Shown piece after piece: positions 11,473 through 26,144 of a stretch of DNA of 64,000 nt. Source of the stretch: Paramecium tetraurelia (lineage: Eukaryota); assembly GCA_000165425.1 (NCBI GenBank), contig CT868052.1, forward strand, positions 496,001-560,000, in the 5' to 3' direction. The notes beneath the pieces are model-generated. The model made no database searches. It saw only the letters and a list, made by a program, of their open reading frames with translations, and was not told where the DNA came from. Each line of letters opens with the position of its first letter. The stretch's first letter is position 1. Made by a program: the position numbers and the translations under genes.

Positions 11473-14048
11473 TCAAGAACCACAATTCAAGCAAACCTCA
11501 ACTTCATCACCATCTTCAGTAACAATAATTTGAGGTTTACCCTTCTTAACAGTTTTACCTTCATTAGTAACAATCTTTTTGGATGCACTCTCATCGATTA
11601 ACTCTTATTTGGATGATTGAATTTTTATTTGTCCCCCTTCTTTTAATAATGCCTCAACATCCACTGTGAATTTAATGGGATCTGCTGCAGGTCTAGTTCT
11701 CAGATAATACATTCCTTTAATAGTTATATATAATATGTACCTGTTTTTCACCCCTTTTCTCCCAGCATAGAAATGCATAGAAGTCACTTTAGACATTGTT
11801 GGTTCAGCCATGTGGATATTTAAGGACTGACTCTAATCAATAAATGGAGCTCTGGAAGTGGCCAAATTTAGTATTGCTTTTTAGGAGATCTCCCAAACAG
11901 TCTTATACAAGGATTTGATATTATTAGGAATTTCTTCGATATTCTAGACAGAACCGTTGTTCATGATTAATTTATTCTTGATTTGAGGTGTCCATAAGTT
12001 TAATTCAATCAAATCATCAACTAAATGAGGATTAATGCAAACGAATTCTCCAGCCAACACTCTTCTTGTGTAGATGTTAGTAGTATATGGTTCAAATGAT
12101 TCATTATTTTACAGAATTTAACTTGTTGATGCTGTTGGCATAGGTGCAATCAATAAAGAATTCCTCATTCCGTGCTTGGCAATATTCTATTTGAGAGTAT
12201 TCCAATCATATAATTTTGGACTTACACCCCACATATCAAATTGCAATATTCCTTATGAAGCTGGACTGCCGGTAAAGGTTTCATAAGGTCCAAGCTTCTA
12301 AGCCAATTCCAAAGATGTTTAGCATGCTCCATAGTAGATAGTTTCAAAGATCTTTGCATTCAATTCTAAGGCATCTTCTGAATCAAATGGGATTTTCATT
12401 CTTTGTAATGCATCTGCAAATCCTTAGACTCCAATTCCAATAGGTCTATTTCTTTTATTGCTGTATTCTGCTTATTTAACAGGATAAAAGTTCAAATCAA
12501 TGACAATATTCAGATTTATTGTGATTATTTTTGTAATCTCTAATAGCTTATCAAAATCGAAGGTTTTATCTTCTTTGATTAACTTTTACAAATTAATACT
12601 AGCAAGATTGCAAACAGCAATTTCATCAGGTGATGTATATTATATGATTTCAGTGCATAGATTACTACTTTTGATAGTACCAAGATTCTTTTAATTACTT
12701 TTTGAATTACAAGCATCTTTATATAACATATATGGTAATCCAGTTGATATTTGAGCATCAATGATTTCTTACCACAATTGTCTGGCCTTCATTGTTACTC
12801 TTCCCATGTTTTTAGACTCATAATCAGTGTACAATTTGTTGAATTCTTAACCATAACAATCTTAGAGACCTGGACACTCATTTGGACACATCAAAGTCCA
12901 ATCCGAGTCATCCTTCACTCTTTACATAAATAGATCAGGGATCCATAAACCTAAAAACAAATCTCTTGCTCTTTATTCTTCAATCCCATGGTTCTTTCTC
13001 AATTATAAGAAACTGATAATATCACTATGCCATGGTTCTAAATAAATAGCGAAGGATCCTTTTCTTTTGCCACCTCCTTAATCTACATATCTTGCTGTAT
13101 CATTGAACACCTTCAACATAGGAACCAATCCATTGCTGATTCCATTAGTTCCTCTGATATAACTATCTTATGATCTGATCTTTGAAGCACTTAATCCAAT
13201 TCCTCCAGCAGACTTACTGATTAGAGCACATCTCTTGAGAGTCTCATATATACCTTCAATGGAATCATCTACCATATCCAACAGGAAACATGATGACATT
13301 TAAGGATAGGGAGTGCCACTGTTAAATAAGGTTGGTGTGGCATGAGTGAAGTACTTCTAGGACATTAAATGATAAGTTTAAAAGGCAGATTAGAGATCCT
13401 CTTTGTGAATACCAATGCTGACTCTCATTAATAACTATTATGGTCTTTCAATTGGCTTTTTCCCTTCCTTTAGTAAATAGCTTCTTTCTAAAGTCTTAAA
13501 ACCAAAAAAATCATATTGGTAATCTCTGTCATAATTTATCTCATTTTATATGATATCTTTATTTTCCATTATTATTTTATAAACATCATCAGCAATCAAT
13601 GGGGCTGGTCTACCATATTTATCCTAGAATTTAGAGTAAAAATTTACTGTGAATGAATGTAATTTAGTTGCCACTTCACTAAAGGATTCACTTGTTTCCT
13701 TGTGGAGGTTGTTGACTGCTATTCTTGCAGCCAATAATGAATATTGTGGATGAACTAAATTCATGTATGCACATGTTTCTGCCGCCAAATTATCCAATTG
13801 CACAGTTGTAATTCCTAAAATAAAATATAGCAATTTAAATTACCCTCATACATCCCTTGAATAACCTTCCACATTATCAAGTTTATATTGATATGTTATA
13901 GATTTGATGCTAAATTTTATAATCTCTCTGCTATCTTCTAAATATCGATGTTTTATTTTCCTCCATCTCTTTTTAATACATAAGATATATTTTTTTATTT
14001 TGCTAATTCTTATAAATGCTCAAAAGAATAATCATGATCTTGATCCAT
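11473..14048 (-). CDS. RRM1: Ribonucleoside-diphosphate reductase large subunit (class Ia)
   Basis: ATP-cone YVLKRDGG..., [92 protein letters not shown] and C-terminal CLNCGS. Three short introns. Local frame anomaly at 11741-11766. Confidence 0.98.
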
Positions 14049-14144
14049 TTTTTATATATAAATATATTTTTAAACTAGACTTTACTTTAAATTATGCAGT
14101 ATTTGGCTCCAAAAATCATAGTTTGAAAATTATATATAATATAA

Positions 14145-17100
14145 TCAATAACGCTAACCTGGAGAAGTAAATCCACTACTATAAGTCAATTAAGATTCTG
14201 ACAAATCCCTTGGTTCTATGTCAACCTCTTGTTAAGGTTTATAAAGAGAGAATTGTGATGATGATCCTGGACTGTAAAATTGCTATTACTTTTAAAATTG
14301 TCCTGTGTTATATGCTAATAGGCATAATAATAATTTGTACTTGAATTGTTTTTATTTTCAACTTCTTGATTGATTTAATCTCTTATTTATTAAGTTCTTT
14401 TGAATATCTCTTATTCTCTTTCTCTCAACATAGATTACAATTGTTCATCATGTTCTCTTTCTCTTATATTTTGCATCTCGTCTCTTAATTGATTACGCAA
14501 TTAATTTATCTTTTCTCTTTCATCTTCAACCAACATTGAAGGTGAAAATTGTTGCTATTTCTAACTAGATTGAAAATCGTACAAGGCACTTGATAATTTT
14601 TAACTAGTCATTGGTTCTCTGATATCGCCTGAACTTTACTCAAAATTGTTCTAATAATTACTATTTTAATAGTAATTTGGTTAATATTGTTAATTTGAGA
14701 AACTCTATGATTTTTTATATTACTCCATTAATTGTTATTCCTGCATTCTCAATTTCTCTTGATGCTATTTGGCCATTCTCTCCATCTCTTGCTCAAATTA
14801 TTACCTTCTCTATACACTACTTTATCTCTTCTTGTCTTCAACCTATTTCTTGTCTCTCAACTACTACTCTTCTTTGCTGATCTATTCCGAAAACATTTGA
14901 TCTCTTAGCTTTTTCTCTCTCTCTAACTAAATCATCTTTAAATCCTATTGAAATGAATGTATTCTCTCTTGATATTCAACTTCCTCTATTTATGCTTCAT
15001 TTTCCAGTTCTTGTAACTGCTGCATCCTTAATTACTTCAATTATTCGACTTTTATTTATTATTGCTAAGAGTCCATTTTCCATTATTCTTACTTGATTTA
15101 ATCTAATAATTCTTTTTCCTTTGATCTGAACTCTAATTGTGATTGAATCTTCCTCTGATTCTCTTACTTTGTTCTTTATTCCATTTATTGTTGAAACTTA
15201 CTAAATATCTGATACTCTAAATTTTGTAAGGCCTCCTCCTCTTACAAAGAGACAATCCTAAAATTGTCAGCCAATTAAGTTTTCCTGAATTATTTATTTA
15301 AATATTCCTATTCCTATTGTTACAAATCTAATTATTTCTAAACTGCTTGATTCATATTCTTCTCTAAGTTCTCTAATTGCTTGATTCTTTGCGATCTAAC
15401 CTATTGATCTTATTAAAACTGCTTTTGAGCTCTCATTTCAACTTGATAATCAAACATCTCTTGTCTATCCTTCTCAGCTTACATAGTCAAGAGCTACTTC
15501 TCCTAAAACAACTAGTCCAATTACTCCATCTATTGAGCCATTTATTAGAGCCTTGAGATTTGTTGCTGTTTCTATATCAATCTTTATTCGTCTTCTTACA
15601 ACTACTCTCTCACTCTTGCCTAATACTGCACACTTCCTTTTGGATAAATACTGAAGAGTTGATATTAATCCTTTTGCAAAGGCAATAGAAATTATAAATT
15701 AATCTAATACTAATCCATATCTAATGATTTGCTGAGATTAATTGTACTCTCTATAAGTCTGCCAATCTCAACTGTATTGCTTTTAGCAAAGAACAGATCC
15801 AATTGATCTTGATCATTCATTCTCATAATGGTATTCTTAAAATAAATAAAGTATTCCACCATGAACAACACGATCATTTATGGTAGATCATTATACAATA
15901 TCAAATGATCTATTAATTAAATCCATTGATTCTTATTCAATAGATTTGTATATAATTATCGAATGGAAGGCCAGGAGTATTTAATTGGCGAATACCCCAA
16001 GTATTGTTTCATATGTTAATACAATTGAGGATCTACTTAATTGAATACTTGATCGTGGAATTGTAACAAGGAAACAGGAGCATTAGGGAAGTTTTCGAAA
16101 AATCTTTGGCAATGCTATATTAAAAGGGAGAGTGTGGCTTCAAAAATCAACATTTCCTCTCCTCTTTTAAACAATTTAACAAATGGAAAGACCAATTAGG
16201 GTAGATAATCGATTTCAGCAAATAAAGGACAATAGTATGCCAAACAAGATAATGTTCTTTGCAATCTTGAAAACAGAGATTCGCTCTAAAGAGGGTATTG
16301 ATCAGCTAATTTTTAATAGGCTGGATGAATTCCTTAATTAACTAGATTATTATAGGCTTCCTAATTCATTGGTAGATTGAGTAAGGATCTCCAAATTAAA
16401 CTTCTTTTATCATCTGGAAAGACATGATATTGAGTTAAGAACTATTATAGTCTTTGATAATTTAAGAGTTCTTTCAATGGATCTTCACTATTCTTATAAA
16501 TTTTCCCTAAAGTGTGAGAATTGATTGGTTAACTCATACTATTAGATTTGCTGTTCTTCTTACTGACAACTGATTAAGAAAACGACCCTTACATAGTGTT
16601 AGTGTTATTTCCAACTTTCTTGATGTCAATATTTGTTGTAGTATTATTAAAATTAAGAGTATCTGCATAATTCTCTTTGATCATAGTGCTCATATTTACA
16701 CCAATAGTTGAATTAAGATTCTGATTCTACTTGTTTAATTTATTAAGATCATACAAGGCAATTTCCCCTGTATTTAAAATAATGGCAATCTTATTTTGAT
16801 AAACATCAAAGTGAGTAGGTGTTTTCCCCTATAATATTTCCATGCATTTGATGAGACTACCACTGCTATCTATTTAAATAATCATGAAATTCTTAGTCAA
16901 CATCAACACCTATTATTTTTTAATAGGTTTAACTAATAATACACCATTGCCATATCCTTGATTTACATCCTAAGTTATTAAATTATTGTTATTATCTAAA
17001 ATGTAAATTTTATTAGAGTGACAATTAATTATCAATCTTTACCCATCAATTGAGGGGACCATTTGACAGAACTTGATGTTGAATTATTCAGGTAATTAGA

Positions 17101-17708
17101 TTCTGCTTATGATTTCGAATGATGATAAATTCCAAATTGATAATGATCTGTCTGCCATTACAGTTGCTAATTCAGTTGAAGAAGGCAAGAAACTGGCTCC
17201 TACGAAGATACTCCCTTTGGAGAACAATGAATGAACTTTTTCAAATGAATCCAAGGAATGTAAAATGCATTAATCTTGACTCACTGAGAGTAGGAGATTT
17301 TATGTGTGATTTGTATGCAAACTTAGGATGAGATGTTCATGACCTTTGAGTGTTTTCAAATTTCTTCCATCTTAATTTTTTATTTAGATATATACTTTAG
17401 CAGGAGACAATTTGAATAGTTTTATTTTACAATGCAATTGCTAATTAACCTCCTTTGTTATCTATGTATGATATCATTTGAGCTGGACTAATTGTAGGAA
17501 TGTTGATGTATCTATTTTTATCATGGTAAAAGATGAAGGGATTTCCTGATTAGTCTATGCAAACTAAGAAATCGAAATAGTAAACTATTTTTGGTTGACT
17601 CTTCAGTTTAATCAAATCAATCAAACCATTTATTGTTTATCCCTCTGGATTCATCAAGGATCCATTCTTCACTGCCAGGGTGTGTTATTATTGACCTTTA
17701 TTTTTCAT
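14145..17708 (-). CDS. TBC1D31: TBC1D31/WDR67-like protein (beta-rich N-terminus, TBC domain, long Q/E-rich coiled coil)
   Basis: FPDEKRSLIWRSLLNLPMNQEAYNNLVNQGIHPAY..L..QYPL...RLQRTLSCLAYYCPLFAEIDYLPQLVFPFVKLF...CQRFFENFPNAP matches the TBC1D31 TBC domain as recalled. Confidence 0.85.
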
Positions 17709-17791
17709 ATTAATTTAAAATTTAAAATGTAAGTTATACTCATTAAATTAAACAAATGCATTTTTATTATGAAAAGAAAATTAATTAAATC

Positions 17792-18505
17792 TCATTCATA
17801 CCTCAATCTTGATGTTTATATTGCAGTAACTGAATAAACAGGCAGAGTTCGTTGCTTTATAATGAGGCAAGGAGATTTTTGTCGATCTCTTAGTAATTGT
17901 AAAGCCTTGGCTCTACTAAATTTATAGGGACTATTTAGTCTAATTTAGGCTTTTTATTTAATTAGATTACACTCTATCAAATCATTAATTTATAAAGACG
18001 AATGTGATCTCAATGTATTTTACCTACTACTCTACTTTTCTCTGGTTATCAATCTCTCCCTTGGACTGACATGTTATTTTCGTATTTCTTCACTGTATTC
18101 TTCCTTACTTGTGTAAAATAAATTGGTAGCCACCACTTCAAGTTTTTTTTTATTGAAAAGTTGCTTAATAAATGATAAACCTGGTTTTTGTTGTGTTGAA
18201 TTCTTATTTTTAATTAAATTCATTTATTGTATTGATTTAATTATAAAATGACTTTTTATTATTCAGCATTTATTGTTAAACAAGAGTAACTACTGCTTAA
18301 TATTGCCATTAAACACCTCACTTTCAAGTCTAAATTCAAGTAATGAGTACTCTCTAAGGTTTTTCCATATTACATAGAGCATTGATTAAAACTTCACAGA
18401 TATATTTTAAAGTCTAAATTTCCTATTAACATTCTAGTTATTTCATTGATCTTCCTTAACTAATTATTTACTTCTTAAAATAACAACTATCTTTTTGTTT
18501 TTCAT
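17792..18505 (-). CDS. Hypothetical protein
   Basis: Coding-like code-6 sequence between ATG 18505 and a TGA near 17792-17797. No recognisable domain and boundaries uncertain. Confidence 0.45.
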
Positions 18506-18806
18506 TTAAAATTCTCTAAAGATCTTAATCAAAATTTATTCACAAAAAAGATAAAGTAAATATTAAATAACCATCAATTAACTTTATTAATATTAATAGT
18601 AGAAATTGTATTCATAAGCGAATATTGTTGCTATATAACCTTTTGATAAGCAAAGAATATATTCCATTAAGGAATGTGTTGCATAATGCTCCTATCCTAA
18701 TCTAACTAAGTGAGAAGACTTATTGGGGGGGAAGACAATCGAATTATATTTAAGTTTAGAGTTTAGGACTTAAAATGAAATAAATAAATAAATAATTTAA
18801 TTAATA

Positions 18807-21181
18807 ATGCAAAAGGCTAATATCATTTTTTTCTATGGACCACCAGCAACAGCAAAATCTTATGTGGCCTAGTAAGTAGCAAAATAAACAGGATATGTTT
18901 ATTTCAACTTGGAGGAATTCTATAGCAAGGTGAAAGCATAATCAGAGGTGGAAAAATTGAATAAATTGATGTAAGTGTTCTAGGCTGAACCAAAGAACTA
19001 TGTTGTTGATGGATTCCTAGATAAAAAGGCTTAAGCTGTTGTATTCTTTGAGCACTATCAAAAACCCAGATATGTAGTATATTTCCAATCTAGCAAAGAT
19101 GAAGTTGAATAGAATATCAGATTATTGAGTACAGAAGATCAAAAGAAAAGTCGTTTTTAGAGATTTAGCAACTTCCTCTAAAATCGTGATGAACTGCTGG
19201 CTTACTTGAAGAAGTTTCAATTCTTTGTAACTGTCGATGCAGTATAAAAAGGATTGTCAAATAATTTTTAATAATCCTCAGATTTGATCATTCAATCTAT
19301 CATGAGTTTTTTAAAGCCCAAGGTCTTGGTGGCCTTAACATATAACAATGAGGAATTGGCAGAAGTTTACTTGAATAAAGTGGAGACAGAATTGGGATTC
19401 AAGCATTTGCATTTGGAAGCACTCTGTGAAGAAGAGTTAGCAAAAGGAACTCCACAAGGAAAATAAATGGGTGCATTCCTCAACTCAGGTTAGGTAGTGC
19501 CACCTTAAATGTAAATAGAATTGTTGAGGAAATACTTGTATGATGATCCTCAATAAACTAAATTTATTCTTACAAGCTTCCCTGAAAAGTATTAGGAATT
19601 TAGAACTTTTGAAGATAAATTATTCCCCATTACTGGATTGATTAATTTCTTGAAGGAAGGTAAATCAGTGTCATTTTCTGCAAAGATAAATCCAGTATTG
19701 CATTATTCAGCAGAAGGCAAGAATTTAATAATTCAAAATGAAGATTTGGGACCATTCCAGTCTTTTTTAACAAAACGAGTAAAATATGGCGTTGTTATTG
19801 GTCCTGTAATGTCAGGTAGGTCAACATTTGCTAAGTACATCTCATAAAAATTTGGTTTGAATTTGATTGAATGGGGAGAAACTACAATCAATTTTTTGAA
19901 GGAGAAGTCAAGCACAGTTCCTGGAGAACAAGTAGAAGAATTGACTTTGCCTATGATTATCAAATACTATAGGGAATTCTTTAGTAATGTTACAAATGAA
20001 AAATATGTTTTCGATGGGTATTGCAATATATTAATTTTAAATTAGATTCCCTCCAGGATGCGAAAAGCCAGAGTAGATTTTGTAGTTTTTAAATTTGGGA
20101 TAAGCTAGCTGGATATTAAATATTGGAGTTGATTAAACTAATTACTGGATCAGATATAAAATCAAGACAGATCTCGATGCACAAGATATTACAGATGATC
20201 AAAAGGAGATACTGATTACTAACTTAAAAGCACATGAGGAAATCCTTAAGTAAGTTTAAGTGTATGTATAATAACAACCTGATTGTAAATTATTTAAATA
20301 AGATACAAATTATTCCTTGGAATAGAATTTCAAAGCAATTGACTAGATTTTTGGAAAGAGAGTGTATTTGGCATCAATCTTAGCTAATTTAGATTCAGAT
20401 ATCTATGAAGCCTTGAAATTGATATACGTCAACATTGCTGCAAAACACAGAATGGCATTTGTTGATGTTGAATAATTGATTGCTAAGAACTTTGACAAAC
20501 TTTCTAATGATTACGAGATGAGATGGACAAAACAAAATTGTAAGAATCCATCCAATTTTACTCCTGAAACTGTGATGAAATTAGTTAAGTAATACATAGA
20601 TGAGTTACCGATTTAAAGCAGGTAAGAATTCATATTTATTAATATATAGAGATGTATTGTTGTGGGGTTACATATCAGCTGATTAATAGGGGGACAAATA
20701 ACAACAAGAACAAATATTCCCAAGAGCCACAGATGAATTGATGATGGTCGAGAAGTCTTTGGGATAGATTAAAGTCTTGTATGCAATCACTGAATAACCA
20801 TTGAATTCAGAAATCAATGATCCTGAATGGGTTTTAGAAAAACCAGAAGTCCCACCTCCTAAATAAGAAGGCGATGGAGGAGATGAAGAACCCAAAGATG
20901 GTGGAAATGCGGATGGAGAAGAAAATGTTCCAAAGTTTAATATTTATAATTATTAATGGACTAAAAGTGAAGTTCCTAAAAATATGGCTTAAATCTTCAT
21001 GAAGGTCAAATAACCCAATCCTGTAAACACTATTTATTCATTTTAGGTCTAACTTGAAGTCAGTGATTATAGCTTTAAATTAATTTATGATAACTTTGAT
21101 GAGCTTGTCTAATCATTTTAAGAAAATAACAATCTTACATATTATGCTTAGATATAATTACAATAACCAATTATGGATTGA
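18807..21181 (+). CDS. Multi-domain adenylate-kinase-like (NMP-kinase fold) protein with degenerate P-loops
   Basis: IIFFYGPPATAKS...YVVDGF; GFKHL..L..EELAKGTPQGKQM...GQVVP...FILTSFP; VVIGPVMSGRSTFAK...YVFDGFPP; plus a fourth divergent unit. Three short introns. Confidence 0.8.
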
Positions 21182-21612
21182 ATTATTCATTAAAAATATA
21201 TATTATTCAATGAGTAAATATATTATGATAATTGGTTTAAGAATTTTCAGATGCATTTGATTAAATCATTTAATGATTTTATATCTTCCATTAAATTTGA
21301 TTTTTATTTTAAAAATCAAATTGATGTAACAAACTAATCAAATATTATTAAATTCTCTAAGTTTTCACTACTTTCTCAATAAGGCTATGAGGATCAATTT
21401 CTTTAATAAATTTGAAAATTAGTAATACTTACATATGATAAATAAGATCAAAAAGTGAAAAATTCAAAATTATTTTAATTGACTTATGGAACGAGAGAAG
21501 GAATCAAAAATAGAATAAAAATGAGAGAAATTACTTATGGAAAGGATAGAATTGAATTGATATGAGCTATTTATTGATGATTTTATAAATATAATAAAAT
21601 AAAATTAATTTA

Positions 21613-22418
21613 ATGGGAAGTTGCTGTTCTCATAGTGAAAATAGGGAGAGTAACCATCATGGAGGCCAAGAGTAATAGAGAATGCCTAGGGCCATTGGTA
21701 GATAGTAATAGAATGGGAATGCAATTTAGGATGTTAATGAATAATATAAAATATATTTTGATATTTTGGAATAACAAGTTAGTGGTAAGGGTTTAAAGAG
21801 AACCTAAGCATATAAAAGCCATATTGATATTGGCTAGATCGAAAAGTTGAGGAATGTTTTTTGGGGTAAGTAATGAATTATATAATTGATTTAAGAAACC
21901 AGAGTTGAGGGAAAACAAGAGATTTGGTAGATCTTAAGGTCGATCATAAATGAAGATGAGGGTATCTGGATTAAATTATATTAGAAACTGCTCGTTTACT
22001 AGTACAGGAGGCTGAATTGAAACCAATCAAAGATTCCTTATAACATGTATATGATAAATTGGGACAAAAATACGATGTACCAATATTTTGCATAAATGAT
22101 CCAATAGAGTACTCAAATGAGAAGTTTGAGGACAGAGGTTTAATTTAAAATTACGGTAATGATTCCGTAAAATTAACGATTCGCAGTGTCAATTTGAATG
22201 GTAAGGATATTGTGGTAGAATGCAAGCAGAATTAGAGTGTAGTAGATTTGAAAGAAATAATAAGTGTTGAGTTGCAGAAGGGACATTAAATTTAATTGGA
22301 ATCCATGAAACTGTTTTACAGAGGAAAAGAAATGTAAGATAATTATCAAGTTGGAAGATACAATTTAAATAAAGAAGCTATAGTTATAGCTTATCTGAAA
22401 ATACTCCAAAAGGGATGA
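21613..22418 (+). CDS. Ubiquitin domain-containing protein (UBTD1/2, DC-UbP family)
   Basis: MGSCC start, LRNVFWETRVEGKQEIWQILR, VYDKLGQKYDVPIFCINDP and a C-terminal Ubl (MKLFYRGKEMQD). Two introns. Confidence 0.9.
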
Positions 22419-23245
22419 TTAAATATAACATTTATAATCAATATATCATAAAATGTATTGTATGAAAATTTTTAAATTATATGATAGACAATCATATTAT
22501 AAGTTAATATGTACAAAACAACCATCTAATTAGATTATGAAATCTCAGTGATTTGCCACACAAAATCTTTATTTTATAGCCACAAAGATGATTAATTTCC
22601 AAATTTTTAATTATTAATTTTATTAATTTTACTTCAAAGAATTCAGTTAATATTCTCACAATAATATCTCTATTATAGTTGTAACTCTATAATAATATGT
22701 TATCCAAAAGTATTGAATGAATTTCTTTTAGTAGTTTCACTTGTAAAATATCCTAGTTTATATTAAATAGTTTAAAACAATAATAAAATAAATCTTTTGT
22801 TTTTAATATAAAATAATTATTTGCAATCTGCTAATCATATGGGCATATATTTTAACTGATTTAAACATTGCGAATGATTAAGAAATTTAGGAATGTCTGA
22901 TTAAAGACAAATATGGTAAGTTTTTGACCAATTAATTATATTTATAAAGACGAACATGCCAATTAGACCAACTCAATAGCAATCAGAATAAAATATTAAC
23001 CAAAAATTTCTAAATTATTATTTTAATATATTAATTATTTACAAAAAAAAATTAGAATAAGAAGGATTAAATTCTTCAAAAATATCAGAATTTTTTTAGC
23101 ATTTTCGATTGAACTTATCAATTTAAAGCTATTATTATGCAAACATCAATATTCATTGGAATTGCTCCTTAGACTTCAATTTAGAATATAGAATCAAACA
23201 TGATGGTTTAATACATAATATGATTTATATCATTTTGTTACATAT

Positions 23246-24478
23246 TCATTTAGCAACAATTCCAAAACTTACATGTTCTTATTAAACTGTTAAAACCTAG
23301 GCAATTTCAATTCTACAAAGAAAGCAAGCTTCAGTATTTCCAATACACTAGGCACAAAATTTGCCATGACCACACGGCATGAATATCTTTTCTCCAATTC
23401 TATCTTAACAAATAATGCACAAATTGGATTCCTCAGAATTCACTGATTATAGATCATTACTCAGCATGGGAGGTTGACTTGATTACCTTTATCCCATATT
23501 GGTGATAATCGGTTTATAATAATTAGTAGAAACTCTTTAGAGGATAGTAGGTTATTCATATGGTTATTGCTTTTCTTCTAAGTCTTTTCCCATTTCTAAG
23601 TTAAATATGAAATTTGCATAATATTATTCCAAATCTTTCTTCTTCATGTATGTGAATGATGTTAAAAAAACGAATAGAATAGGAAGGATGATAATCAAAG
23701 CAAAGAGATTGAGATATAAAAAAAGATTTGTCAACAATATTGTAGTCTAATACAAAACAAATTACATGTAATAAGCATCTTTATAAGAATATTATATCTT
23801 ACTCTTCTATTTTTCAGTTTTTTTGATCAAGTCTGGAATTACTTTTATTGCAAAATATAGAACTGAGACAAATGTTATCACACCATTTAAAATTAGTAGA
23901 ATCAAAAACAACCATAAGACTTGTATCCAATCCCAAGCAACAAAATTATCCAATTTTAGAGTAATCGATAAAGTTTCAACTAATATTACTATCTTCCATA
24001 GTACATTAAACTATTATGACATTCTTTATGCTATACGAACTATTAAAATGCAACAAATGCGTAGTATTTTTTTTTATTGCAATAGATAAGCAATCTTAGG
24101 ATCAACATTAATAATGGAAACAGTATTAACATCAAATAAAACTCAATTTCAAGCACAACAATCAAAATAAAACATAGTTTCATTAAAGCATATATAAATG
24201 ATTCTAAATAATAATACACCTTTAATTCTGTTTGTAAGCAATAACAAGTTTAAGCACATCGGCCTATTATAAAAGTTACAAATATTACATATATCAATAA
24301 AAATCAGGCAAATCACAATCTAGATTATTGATAAAATATTTTCTAAATAAAAGGAAATTAAAAAATAAACATATAGATATAAAAAGATTTCTAAGTATTA
24401 TTCTCGTACAAATTCTAGTGCTAATTATTTTACTTCTGTTTCTAATTAAAGTTTGACTCGATCAAGTTATTCTTACAT
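23246..24478 (-). CDS. Multi-pass membrane protein with C-terminal RING-HC finger (putative E3 ligase)
   Basis: Several hydrophobic segments followed by CIICQDRIGEKIFMPCGHGKFCAQCIGNTEACFLCR. Confidence 0.82.
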
Positions 24479-24954
24479 ATTCAAAAATAAACTTATTAAA
24501 TTTATTAAGTAAAATCTTTATTAATTATTCCATTAAATATTAGAGATGAATAAAGGCTTTTCGTTTCATAAATAAAAAACAGACACAAATTTATTTAATC
24601 TCAACTAAAATTGTATTTAATAGAATAATCTGCTTAATAATTTCAAATCATCTACAAGGGGAATAAAATTAAATTTCACCCACGTCTTTTAATTTTTAAA
24701 ATTATTTCATTGCTATTCAACTAAAATTAGATGTTGTGATGCAATATACTTTATTTATAAGAATTAAATCAGAAAAATGAGCAAATAAATAATGCTATAC
24801 AGGTATAAATGGTTAATTAGATCAATCTAATTGTGTTAACTAGGAATTTCTTAAAGAAACAACATTAAAATGTAGGAAATTTTGAAATAAAGTGTTTTCC
24901 AATTTAATATTATATAAATGATAATTTTTTATATTAATATTAAAAACGGATTGT

Positions 24955-26096
24955 ATGAGGAAATTAGTTTCTGTACTATTGATTTCTCTCACTTTGGCAA
25001 GTCAAATTCAAGGTCCTTTATCGAATCCAATAATGAATGAATTGGAATCAACTCATTTGGGAAAAGCTTTCTTGAAATTACTTAGCCTAAAATCAAAGGC
25101 ATAACAATTTGATTTCTCTAAATTATATGCAGCACTTGATGACTTACAAAATTCAATCAAATAAAGATTGGCTGATGAATAGCAAGCATATTAATAAGAT
25201 GAAGTCTAATATTTCACAGACAAGGAATTTTTTTCAGGTCAAATTACTCAATTCCAGAATGAAGTAAACCAATTAGCTTACCTTATTAGATTGCATCATT
25301 AGAAATAGATGTTACAGATTTCACTGAAAGCAGAGATTTATTATAAATTGCCTTGAATGGAAAAGTAGATGAATTGAAAGAGGTTTAATCTTTGGCTGAT
25401 GGATTAGCAGCAAGAGTCAAAAAGGAAGAAGGAATCTTCAAGGATCAATAAAATCAATATACAAATGCCGTTTAAGCTCTTGATTAAGCATTGTAATTGA
25501 TCGGATAACTCAGAGATGGTTCATTTATTTAGAACAGAAGTGTTTCATTCTTAGAAGAAGGCCTAAAGCAACTCTAACATCAAAGAATCATGTATGGACC
25601 TTTGATCACTGCATTCACTTAAATCATGGCTCCAAGTTTCAATGACTCTGAAGCAAGTGCTAAAGTTTAGAAGTTAATCCAAAATTTGAGAGACACTATT
25701 GTGAAAAACAAAACTGACTTAGAAAATGCCTATCAATAGGTTAGAGCCATTGATGATCACAATCTCAGCCAGTATAACTAAAGAATAAGCAACTTATCAA
25801 CAATTGTAATTCCAACCATCTAGGCTGAAATCTAAACAAGAGATGGTAATCATAGTTTATAATTGATAAGCTCAAATTTAAACCAAGTAAAACTTACTCA
25901 GAGATGCCTAAACCAATTTCAAGACAGCTTCAGATAACTTAGATAATACTAATAACAGATGGGTTGAAAGGTATTATTACTATGTAATTTTAGAACCAAT
26001 GAACACAATAAGTTGATGGACTAACTATTAACTTAATAATCCCTATTTCCCAAGATTGTAAGTGAATTGGAAGGAGCAGGAGTTAGAAGAAGATGA
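24955..26096 (+). CDS. Trichocyst matrix protein (TMP/GRL-like secretory granule precursor)
   Basis: Signal peptide MRKLVSVLLISLTLA, then ELESTHLGKAFLKLLSL, heptad blocks, SFIQ/SFLE, MYGPLI and KVQKLIQNLRD. Size (~350 aa) and layout fit TMPs. Three introns. Confidence 0.8.
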
Positions 26097-26144
26097 TTTT
26101 CTTAAATTTATCAAAACATAATATTTAATAATATATATTTTAAT

